A stretch of DNA of 64,000 nucleotides from Elusimicrobiota bacterium (GTDB lineage: Bacteria > Elusimicrobiota > Elusimicrobia > Elusimicrobiales > UBA9959). Shown here piece after piece: positions 27,321 through 36,035 of the stretch; the stretch's first letter is position 1; every line of letters starts with the position of its first letter. Both the position numbers and the translations under genes were made by a program. The stretch is from the NCBI GenBank assembly GCA_019135865.1, contig JAGVVD010000043.1, positions 8,340-72,339 on the forward strand. Direction: 5' to 3'. The notes under the pieces were generated by a model that did no database searches, was not told the DNA's origin, and worked only from the letters and a program-made list of their open reading frames with translations.

Positions 27321-27818
27321 TCACAGTCCCTTCGGCGGCAGTAATTCGAATTCTTCCCGCAGGTCCAGCGCCGCGGCCCATTTACGCATATAGTCAAAAT
27401 CGAGTTTGTCGCCGCTCAGCACGATTATACCCCGGCAGTCGCGCAGTTGCCGCTCGGAGCCGCCCGCCGACTTCATCCAGCGGAGCTTGGAAAGGACGAG
27501 ATCCTCCGGGGCTATCACCCAGACCGGGCCACCGGCAAGCTCCAGCTTTCTGCGGCGGGAAAATTTTTCCTGTTCATATCGGTCTCCGGCATCCAGAACG
27601 GCAAAATCCACCTTAAAAGACGTGGCGTTAAAAATCACGTTGAACATACGTTTTCTGGATACGGCTTCGCGCACGTCATCCTCATCTATATGCGCCTCGT
27701 CCTTGAGAGAGGAAACGAGGCTCTGAATATCAGAGGGGGCTATCTGCACTACGACATCGATATCCGCCGTAGTACGTACCTCGCCCCAGAATGCCACGGC
27801 TGAACCGCCGGTCACCAT
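27321..27818 (-). CDS. putative minimal nucleotidyltransferase (Pol-beta superfamily fold)
   Basis: GGSAVAFWGEVRTTADIDVVV fits the G[SG]-x(9-13)-D-x-D pattern, with a downstream KVDFAV Asp. In-frame upstream codons (ETLSWITAKLERSGLPY) look coding but contain no ATG, GTG or TTG. Confidence 0.5.
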   Translation of the reverse strand: MVTGGSAVAFWGEVRTTADIDVVVQIAPSDIQSLVSSLKDEAHIDEDDVREAVSRKRMFNVIFNATSFKVDFAVLDAGDRYEQEKFSRRRKLELAGGPVWVIAPEDLVLSKLRWMKSAGGSERQLRDCRGIIVLSGDKLDFDYMRKWAAALDLREEFELLPPKGL

Positions 27819-27859
27819 GTACGGCAGCCCCGACCTTTCCAGCTTGGCGGTGATCCAGC

Positions 27860-28063
27860 TCAGTGTTTCAGCGAATAGCTTTTGCGTAACCTTTCCTTGA
27901 CCAGTTCATCCAGTTCCGCCTCGGTAGCGGCGGGGTTATAGTATTTTATGCCGGCGCGCATGGATTCGAACTGCGCGTCCATAAGGTCGGACATCATGGC
28001 GAAACGCTGCTCCGGGGTCTTTCCCCTGAGCAGTTCCAATTGTTTCGCCGAGGCCTTGTCCAT
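27860..28063 (-). CDS. hypothetical small helical protein upstream of the nucleotidyltransferase
   Basis: 67 aa (MDKASAKQLELLRGKTPEQRF...). The start is trimmed from the 141-aa track ORF, whose 5' part overlaps the 2Fe-2S subunit gene. Confidence 0.4.
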   Translation of the reverse strand: MDKASAKQLELLRGKTPEQRFAMMSDLMDAQFESMRAGIKYYNPAATEAELDELVKERLRKSYSLKH

Positions 28064-28068
28064 GACGA

Positions 28069-28539
28069 TTACTTCCCTTTTACCGTCTCTTCGATGGCTT
28101 CCACGATGGGCTCGTAACCTGTGCAGCGGCAGAGATTGCCGGCTATGGCTTCCTTGATCTCGTGCTTGCCCGCCTTCGGGTTCTTCTCGAGCAACTCGGT
28201 GGCCGAAAGTATGATGCCGGGCGCGCAGAAGCCGCACTGGAAGGCGTTCTTCCGGTGGAACTTCTCCTGGAGCTTCCGGGTCCACTTGCGGCTGGTATTG
28301 GCGCCCTCTAGCGTGACCAGTTCCGCGCCATCGGCCTCGACGGCCAGCGCCAGGCAGGAGCGCACGGTGCGGCCGTCCATGATGATGGTGCAGGTGCCGC
28401 AGTCGCCGCGGTCACAGCCGACCTTGGGGCTCTTGATGCCGAGCCGGTCGCGCAGCACGTCGATGAGGACGTCGCTGGGCTCCACCTCTATGGAGACCCG
28501 CTCGCCGTTGAGTTTGAAACTTATCGGGTGTTTTTTCAT
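28069..28539 (-). CDS. (2Fe-2S)-binding small subunit of an XDH/CO-dehydrogenase-family enzyme
   Basis: Cys clusters GCDRGDCGTCT, CGFCAPG and CRCTGY. 156 aa. Confidence 0.92.
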   Translation of the reverse strand: MKKHPISFKLNGERVSIEVEPSDVLIDVLRDRLGIKSPKVGCDRGDCGTCTIIMDGRTVRSCLALAVEADGAELVTLEGANTSRKWTRKLQEKFHRKNAFQCGFCAPGIILSATELLEKNPKAGKHEIKEAIAGNLCRCTGYEPIVEAIEETVKGK

Positions 28540-28546
28540 AAGGACC

Positions 28547-29440
28547 TCAGCAAATATTGCCTTCGCCGTACTTAGGGCCCCGGCCCGAGAGCCGCGAGAC
28601 CGCGGTCTCCAGCGCGCGGCCCAGCATGATCCGCGCCATGTGGGTGCGGTATTCCCTGGACGAGCGGATATCGGTGATGGGGGAGATCTCGCCGGCCAGC
28701 AGCTCGCCGGCCTGCTTAACGGTCTGTTCCGTCACCTTCTTGCCTTTCAGGTACGATTCGGTCTTGAGGGCGCGCGCCGGCACCGGGCCCAGCGCACAGA
28801 AAGCGACGCGGTAGTTGTGGTCGGTGAATACCGCCGCCTCCACGCCGCCCTGCGCCAGATCCTCGCCGTCGTAGCGGGAAAGTTTCATATAGCAGGCGCC
28901 GAACTTCTTCTCCGGCACGGCCATCTCCACCGAGACGACCAGTTCGTCCGGGCCCAGGGCGGTGCGCTTGGGGCCGGTGAACCACTCGTGTATCGAGACC
29001 AGGCGCTCGCCGGCCTGGGAGCGCAACCGCACCACGGCGTCGTGCGCCAGCAGCGGCGGGGCGGAATCCGCCGACGGGACGGCGGAGCAGATATTGCCGG
29101 CCAGCGTGGCGCGGTTGCGTACGCCGGTAGAGGCGACCGTACCGGCGGCCTCCCAGAGGTCGGGGAAGTTCTTCTTCACGGCCGCGGACTCGAGGAGCTC
29201 CGCGAAGGTGACCAGCGCGCCGACGCGCAGGACGCCGTTCTTCAGTGAAAGGCCGGAAAGCTCTTTCAGCGCCTTCACGTCCAGCACGATCTCGGGCTTG
29301 GCGAAGCCTTCCTTGAGATGCACTATCAGGTCGGTCCCGCCGGCCAGCGGCCTGGCCTTCTCCTTGTACATGGCCAGGACCTGCAGGGCCTCGTCCATGT
29401 CGGCCGGCTTCACGTATTCGAACTGCGTCGCTATCGGCAT
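28547..29440 (-). CDS. FAD-binding medium subunit of an XDH/CO-dehydrogenase-family enzyme
   Basis: 297 aa, CoxM-like (PLAGGTDLIVHLK, ATLAGNICSA), directly upstream of the 2Fe-2S subunit gene. Confidence 0.88.
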   Translation of the reverse strand: MPIATQFEYVKPADMDEALQVLAMYKEKARPLAGGTDLIVHLKEGFAKPEIVLDVKALKELSGLSLKNGVLRVGALVTFAELLESAAVKKNFPDLWEAAGTVASTGVRNRATLAGNICSAVPSADSAPPLLAHDAVVRLRSQAGERLVSIHEWFTGPKRTALGPDELVVSVEMAVPEKKFGACYMKLSRYDGEDLAQGGVEAAVFTDHNYRVAFCALGPVPARALKTESYLKGKKVTEQTVKQAGELLAGEISPITDIRSSREYRTHMARIMLGRALETAVSRLSGRGPKYGEGNIC

Positions 29441-29464
29441 ATCCGCTCCTTTATCCGGTACGGC

Positions 29465-30280
29465 TCAGGCGGTCCAGGCCACCACGCGGCCCATGGCCGA
29501 TTCCATCTCCAGCCCGTTGAGGGGGAAGAAGCCCAGCCAGCAGCGCTTGTTGGACAGCTTGTCTATCTCGCCGCCGAGGTTCTCGGCGTGGACCAGCTTC
29601 CTGGGGAAGAGCTTGAGGTGCATGACCTGGTAGAAGGTCTCCGGCGGGAACATCTCGTCCCATTTCTTGCCGTAGGTCTCGACCAGCTTGTTCTCGGCCT
29701 CTACGAAGAGCTTGGGATGCCAGTTGCGGATGATAGTGTTCATCGGGTGGTCGGCCGAGCCGCAGTCAACGCCTATCCACTTGAACTTCATGTCCAGCGC
29801 CCACTTGTGGAAGCGCGGCCCCGGGCCGGGGTGCTTGCAGAAGTAGCGCACCTCGTCGCAGGTCCCCTTCTCGTACCAGGCGTACTTATGGTAGCCGGTG
29901 TTGATGATCAGGATGTCGCCCTTGCGGATGTCGGCGCGCTTCAGAAGCAGCTCGGGCTCATAGAGGTCGTAGTCGCCCACATCCTTGGAGATGTCCACGA
30001 CCACGGCGTTGCCTATCCACTCGTTCATAGGAACTTCGCCGATGGTGCGGCCGGCGCTGTAGAAGTGTATCTCGCCGTCCATGTGGGTGCCGACGTGGCT
30101 GGAGGTGGTCATGATCTGGCCGTTGGCGCCCTGGCCCATGTGCGCGCCGGCGATGCGCTTGAAGTACTGGAGCTGCAGCGGCATGTAGCTGGGCCACGGG
30201 GGGGTGTGGACGCTCAGCGGCTGGGTAAGGTCGTACATCTTGGCTTTCTGCATGAGTTTCATGAAGTCTTTGTTGTTCAT
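29465..30280 (-). CDS. cyclase-family metal amidohydrolase (kynurenine formamidase / isatin hydrolase-like, PF04199-type)
   Basis: SHVGTHMDGEIHF fits the HxGTHxDxPxH-like metal motif. The start is set at MNNKDF, 5 nt after GGAGGA. The track ORF's extension was trimmed. Confidence 0.75.
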   Translation of the reverse strand: MNNKDFMKLMQKAKMYDLTQPLSVHTPPWPSYMPLQLQYFKRIAGAHMGQGANGQIMTTSSHVGTHMDGEIHFYSAGRTIGEVPMNEWIGNAVVVDISKDVGDYDLYEPELLLKRADIRKGDILIINTGYHKYAWYEKGTCDEVRYFCKHPGPGPRFHKWALDMKFKWIGVDCGSADHPMNTIIRNWHPKLFVEAENKLVETYGKKWDEMFPPETFYQVMHLKLFPRKLVHAENLGGEIDKLSNKRCWLGFFPLNGLEMESAMGRVVAWTA

Positions 30281-30407
30281 TTTATCCTCCGTAAAATCCG
30301 TCGCCCGGGAAGCCGTCCGGCCGCCCGCCATTGATATCTTATTAATAGAAATTCTAACAAATGACCGCACCTAAATAAAGCCGTTACAGGCCGTCAAGCA
30401 GGAATAA

Positions 30408-30618
30408 CTATTCCGGGGGCATGGCGTGCCCTCACCTCGCAAAAACAGGGTCGCGCACACCGTGCGCGCCCTTCCCGTTCTCGCCGCTCGCGCTCGTCCG
30501 CGTCTCCGGCCCCGCAGGATAGTGATTCCACCGGCTACCTCCGACGCGGACTCCGTAAGCGAGCGGCTCCGAAGGGTTTTGCTCCGGTGAGGGCACGCCT
30601 CCCCCGGTTGTCTCCTTA
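30408..30618. repeat. Structured palindromic repeat, family A, copy A3
   Basis: ctattccgggggcatggc...cccccggttgtctcctta. The copy-specific stem ggcgtgccctcacc pairs with ggtgagggcacgcc. Confidence 0.8.
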
Positions 30619-30851
30619 TGGGACGCTTAACGGGCAAGGCTTCATCGCCGGGCCTTCCGAAGCCACATCGGAGGCTTTCCCCAAGCGGAGCGAGGGAACC
30701 GGCACTGCCGGACGGGCATGAATGTCTGAGGCCCGAGGCGCTATGCGCCCGGGCCGAGTTCGGCCGAACCCGTGGCGGAGCGAAGGCCCGGCGAGGGAGC
30801 CTGAGGCGTTTTTTGTGTGAGCATCTGCCATGCCCCCGGCATAAGTATTCC
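30619..30851. repeat. Family B repeat copy B3, directly abutting A3
   Basis: Shared start tgggacgctt(a/g)a..ggc and core accggcactgccggacg...atgtctgaggcccgaggcgctatgcgcccgggccgagtt. The right end gccatgcccccggcataagtattcc is an inverted copy of the A3 left end. Confidence 0.8.
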
Positions 30852-30854
30852 GAT

Positions 30855-31439
30855 CTAGTCCGAGTTGGCGGGGTAGTGCTTTTTGAGGCAGTCGGGACAG
30901 AGGCCGTGCGAGAGCGGGGAGCCGGGGAGGCGGCTTTTGATGTAGGTCTCCACGGGCTCCCAGCCGCCCTGTTCGTTGCGTATCTTCTTGCACGACGAGC
31001 AGATCGGCACCACGGAACGCAGCTCCGCCAGCTCGGAGATGTCCTCCAGGACCACGAGCGCGTAGAGAACGCCGTCCATGCCGAACACCGAGGCGGAAAT
31101 GAGCGCCGGCAGGACCAGTTCGCGGCCCTTGGCCGAAACGCGCACCTCCGTCGGGGCGCGCAGGACGGCCTTCCCTGAAAACGCGCTGTTGACCGAACCG
31201 CGCAGCACGCAGTCCGCGCAATGCGGTCCGGTGCCGCAGCCGCCGGGCGCGTCGGCGCTGTGCATGCAGTGCATGACGTCGCCGGCGCGGCGGCTGTAGA
31301 TCTTCTCGCCTTTAAGGAGCTCCCTGGCGGCCTTGTTGCGGTAGAGGACCCTGACGTCCTCGTCCACGACCATGATTATCGAAGGCACCGCGTCCAGCGC
31401 ATGTCTCATGAAAGCGGCTTTCTCGAATATGGCGTCCAT
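30855..31439 (-). CDS. PAS-domain sensor protein with a C-terminal Cys4 module
   Basis: 194 aa with a PAS-like N-terminal region (LDAVPSIIMVVDEDVRVLYRNKAA). An internal Cys/His-rich loop (HCMHSADAPGGCGTGPHCADC). The C-terminus reads PICSSCKKIRNEQGGWEPVETYI...SHGLCPDC. Confidence 0.65.
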   Translation of the reverse strand: MDAIFEKAAFMRHALDAVPSIIMVVDEDVRVLYRNKAARELLKGEKIYSRRAGDVMHCMHSADAPGGCGTGPHCADCVLRGSVNSAFSGKAVLRAPTEVRVSAKGRELVLPALISASVFGMDGVLYALVVLEDISELAELRSVVPICSSCKKIRNEQGGWEPVETYIKSRLPGSPLSHGLCPDCLKKHYPANSD

Positions 31440-31451
31440 GTTCTCTCCCCG

Positions 31452-32261
31452 TTACCTGTAAGTCCTGAACCGCCAGCCGGCGGCGAAGCCGAAGCGCAGT
31501 TCGTCGAGTTCCCGGCCCATGTCGCGGGCCCTGCGCCCGCCCGAGAGGAACCAGAGGCGGGTATAGGTCAGATACAAGTCCAGCGTCAGTCCCGCGCCCG
31601 GCACCGCTCCGGGCGCCACGCCGGCGTAGAGGCCGGGCGCTATACCGATCCCGAAAGCTTCACCGTCCTCGCGGAGACGGCTCCCGTCGTCCAGGCCGGC
31701 GTCCAGGTCATAGGCGACCCGGGCCAGCGGGAGGCCAAGCATCGCTCCCAGCCTGAAATTGCGGCCCTCTTTGAAAGGCGCCGAGACCGACGGGACCAGC
31801 ATGACGGTGAGCGTATCGAACCGGTTTATCCGGTCGGTGGTATAGGTGGTGGAGGCGTCGGCCACCTGGTTGTACACCGTCGTGTAAACGCGCTTTACCG
31901 GCACGCCGAGCCCGCGGAGAAAGGCGTAGTCGTCGTCGGGATCGGGGATACCGGAGGCGTAGAGCAGCAGGCCCTTGTCCAGCGCCGCGCCGCCGCGCCA
32001 GAGCTCCAGCGCCGGCAGCGGGCCGGAGGCGTCGGAGAAAAAGACGAGCCCGGCCTTCCAGTCGTAGCCGCCGTAACCCCGGTCGAAGTCCGCCGTCCGC
32101 GGCGGGCGGAGGGGGTAAGGGAGGGGGGAGGGGATCTCCGCCGGAGGGGCGGCCGGGGAGGGTACTGGGGCACCATGCCGCATGGTGTCCCCCACTGATG
32201 CCGCCGCGAAAAGAAAGGCCGGCGCCGTCAGAAGGAGACAGGCGCCGGTCAGTTTACGCAT
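31452..32261 (-). CDS. hypothetical exported protein (possible outer-membrane beta-barrel)
   Basis: Signal peptide MRKLTGACLLLTAPAFLFAAA and alternating hydrophobic beta-strand-like segments in the C-terminal half. No family recognised. Confidence 0.45.
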   Translation of the reverse strand: MRKLTGACLLLTAPAFLFAAASVGDTMRHGAPVPSPAAPPAEIPSPLPYPLRPPRTADFDRGYGGYDWKAGLVFFSDASGPLPALELWRGGAALDKGLLLYASGIPDPDDDYAFLRGLGVPVKRVYTTVYNQVADASTTYTTDRINRFDTLTVMLVPSVSAPFKEGRNFRLGAMLGLPLARVAYDLDAGLDDGSRLREDGEAFGIGIAPGLYAGVAPGAVPGAGLTLDLYLTYTRLWFLSGGRRARDMGRELDELRFGFAAGWRFRTYR

Positions 32262-32286
32262 AAGGCATCCGCCGCGGGCCGCGCGG

Positions 32287-33843
32287 TCAGTAGGATTTGG
32301 ACATCAGGACGCGCAGCCTTGAAGGCTTGCCGGTCAGTATGCACTTGCCCTCGCCGCGGGCTTCCGCCGGTATCTGGTCCTCGAACGGGATGCAGCGCAC
32401 GCTGGTCTCGAAGCGTTTGGCCATCTCGTCCTCCTGCTCCGCCGTGCCCGCCCAGTGGACCCAGGCGAAGCCGCCGCCTTCCTCTTTGAAGAACTTCTCG
32501 TAGGCTTCCAGTGTGTCGATGACGCGGGTGCGCGAGGCGCGGAAGGCGCGGGCTTTTTCAAGCAGTTCTTTCTGCATGGCTTCGAGCGTCGGCTTTATCG
32601 AGGCGACAGCCTCGGCGCGCGGCAGGAAGGACTTGCGGCGCTTGCGCTGCTGCTCGGGAGTCTCGCCGGGGACGTCGGAGAGGAAGCGGCGCGCGATGCA
32701 GAGCGAACCTTTCTCCAGGTCCTTGGGGCCGACCTCTATGCGCAGCGGCACGCCTTTGCCCTCCCACTCGTAATACTTGGCTCCCGGCATTATGCCCTCG
32801 CGCTCGTCCACGCGCACGGCCACGCCCTGCGCTTTGAGCTCGGCGGCTACTTTGCGGGCCTCTTCGGTGGTCCTGGCCATTTCCTCGCCGGTCTTGTAGA
32901 TAGGCACGATTACGACCTGTATGGGGGCGAGCCTGGGAGGAAGGACCAGCCCGGCGTCGTCGGAATGGGTCATGATCAGCGCCCCGATCAGGCGCGTGCT
33001 GACGCCCCAGCTGGTGGCGTAGACGTACTCGAGCCGGCCTTCCTTGTTCTGGAACTTGACGTCGGCGCTCTTCGAGAAGTTCTGGCCCAGGTAATGGCTG
33101 GTACCCATCTGCAGCGCCTTGCCGTCCTGCATCATGCCCTCGATGCAGACGGTGTCCAGGGCGCCGGCGAAGCGCTCGCCCTCGGTCTTGGTCCCCTTGA
33201 CGACGGGCACGGCCATGACGTTCTCGGCGAAATCGGCGTAGACGTCGAGCATGCGCGAGACCTCCTCGCGGGCCTCCTTCTCGGTGGCGTGCGCGGTATG
33301 GCCCTCCTGCCAGAGGAATTCTGCGGTGCGCAGGAACAGGCGCGTGCGCATCTCCCAGCGCACTACGTTGGCCCACTGGTTTATCAGCAGCGGCAGGTCG
33401 CGGTAGCTCTGTATCCAGCCCTTGTACTGCGCCCAGATTATCGTCTCGCTGGTCGGGCGGACGACGAGCGGCTCCTCGAGCTTCGACTCGGGGTCCGGGA
33501 CGATCGCGCCGTCGATGGACTTCAGGCGGTGATGGGTGATGACGGCGCACTCCTTGGCGAAGCCGCTGGCGTGTTTCTCCTCCTGCGCCAGGTAGGAGAG
33601 CGGGATGAAGAGGGGGAAGTAGGCGTTCTCGTGCCCGGTGGCCTTGAACCTGTCGTCGAGCTCGCGCTGCATCTTCTCCCAGATGGCGTAGCCGTGCGGG
33701 CGGATGACCATGCAGCCGCGCACCGGGCTGTGCTCGGCCAGTTTCGCGCCGGCTATCACGTCGAGATACCACTGCGCGTAGTCCTGCGCGCGCGGGGTGA
33801 CCGCGGAGGGGCCTTTCTTCTGCTGATCGACGGGTTTGTTCAT
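32287..33843 (-). CDS. proS: proline--tRNA ligase (archaeal/eukaryote-like type lacking the bacterial INS domain)
   Basis: 518 aa. The N-terminus reads DYAQWYLDVIAGAKLAEHSPVRGCMVIRPHGYAIWE. Class II motifs are present, with the C-terminal extension typical of this ProRS type. Confidence 0.9.
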   Translation of the reverse strand: MNKPVDQQKKGPSAVTPRAQDYAQWYLDVIAGAKLAEHSPVRGCMVIRPHGYAIWEKMQRELDDRFKATGHENAYFPLFIPLSYLAQEEKHASGFAKECAVITHHRLKSIDGAIVPDPESKLEEPLVVRPTSETIIWAQYKGWIQSYRDLPLLINQWANVVRWEMRTRLFLRTAEFLWQEGHTAHATEKEAREEVSRMLDVYADFAENVMAVPVVKGTKTEGERFAGALDTVCIEGMMQDGKALQMGTSHYLGQNFSKSADVKFQNKEGRLEYVYATSWGVSTRLIGALIMTHSDDAGLVLPPRLAPIQVVIVPIYKTGEEMARTTEEARKVAAELKAQGVAVRVDEREGIMPGAKYYEWEGKGVPLRIEVGPKDLEKGSLCIARRFLSDVPGETPEQQRKRRKSFLPRAEAVASIKPTLEAMQKELLEKARAFRASRTRVIDTLEAYEKFFKEEGGGFAWVHWAGTAEQEDEMAKRFETSVRCIPFEDQIPAEARGEGKCILTGKPSRLRVLMSKSY

Positions 33844-33855
33844 AGTCGCTCCACC

Positions 33856-34955
<1,100 letters not shown>

Positions 34956-34956
<1 letters not shown>

Positions 34957-36032
34957 CAGGGTTCGACCTCTTCCTGCTGAACGGGCTGTTCGGCTTTCTT
35001 GGGGCCGCGCAGGCGCATTATGTCGTTGTAGGTGGCGAAAAGCAGTATGCCCAGCAGCATGGCTATGCCGACGCTGTTGACGGCTCGCAGCAGCCCGACG
35101 GTCAGCTTGCGGCGGGAGAGCCCTTCCCATACGTAGAGCACGGCGTGCCCGCCGTCGAGCAGCGGGATAGGGAGCAGGTTGAAGAAGCCGACCGCCACCG
35201 AGATGAGGCCGATGAGGAAGACGAAGTCGGCCATGCCCGTGTGGGCCGCCTTGCTGACTATGCCGACGATGCCTATCGGCCCGGCGAGGTCCGGCTTCTC
35301 GCGGCGGTAGATGTTCTGCGCCAGGGTCTTCACGGTGAAGGCGGTCCAGTACCAGCACTGCCCCAGGCCCATCTCCGCGGCCTTGAGCGCCGGGACCTTC
35401 CTGTAGCCGATGCCGGGGGCTATGCCGATGAGGCCTATCTTGCCGCTGGGGTCGCTCCGCGGGGTTATGCTCAGCTCTTTCTTCGCCCCTTCCCGCTCAT
35501 AGACCAGCGCCACGCCGCGCTCCGGGCTGGAGCGGATTATCGCCGCCATCTCCTGCCAGGTGGCTACGGGCTTGCCGTCGACCGATACGATCCTGTCGCC
35601 GGGCAGTATGCCCGCCCGCTCGGCCGGGTAGCCGGCGTTAAGTTCCGCTATCACCGGCTCGTCGGACGGCACGGGCTCGCCCACGACCAGGATGACGCCG
35701 GCGAAAAGGCAGAAGGCGAGGATATAGTTCATCGTAGGTCCGGCGAAGACCACGGCCAGCCGCGTGTACCAGGGCTTGGAGAAATACTCGTCGGGGTGGC
35801 CGGTGACCTCCTCGATGTTCTCGCCGGCCGGCTTTACGTAGCCGCCCAGGGGAATGGCGCGTATCGAGTAGCGGGTGGGCCCGCTGGTGCGGCCCCAGAG
35901 CTCGGGGCCGAAACCGAAGGAGAAGGCCTCCACCTTGATGCCCGCCGCGCGGCAGACCAGGAAGTGTCCCAGTTCGTGGAGGAATATCACCAGCCCGAAA
36001 GTGACGAGAACGGCTATTATCGAAGTTATCAT
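34956..36032 (-). CDS. rseP: RIP zinc metalloprotease RseP (site-2 protease)
   Basis: HELGHFLVCR, a PDZ region, and an NLLPIPLLDGGH motif. Confidence 0.9.
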
Positions 36033-36035
36033 GTT

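Noticed and set aside
24351-28068. Search for an integrase, transposase or tRNA-attachment site that would define the insertion as a classical genomic island.
   Set aside because: None of the seven ORFs shows tyrosine/serine recombinase, DDE or HUH motifs. The only tRNA in the window (4737-4809) is 20 kb away. I saw no direct repeats flanking the insert. The mobility mechanism is therefore left open.
1656-30851. Whether the recurring repeats (families A and B) could be a CRISPR array or rRNA/tRNA fragments.
   Set aside because: The copies are 150-290 bp long, kilobases apart, individually palindromic and not regularly spaced. No cas genes are present. No similarity to rRNA or tRNA cloverleaf features was seen.
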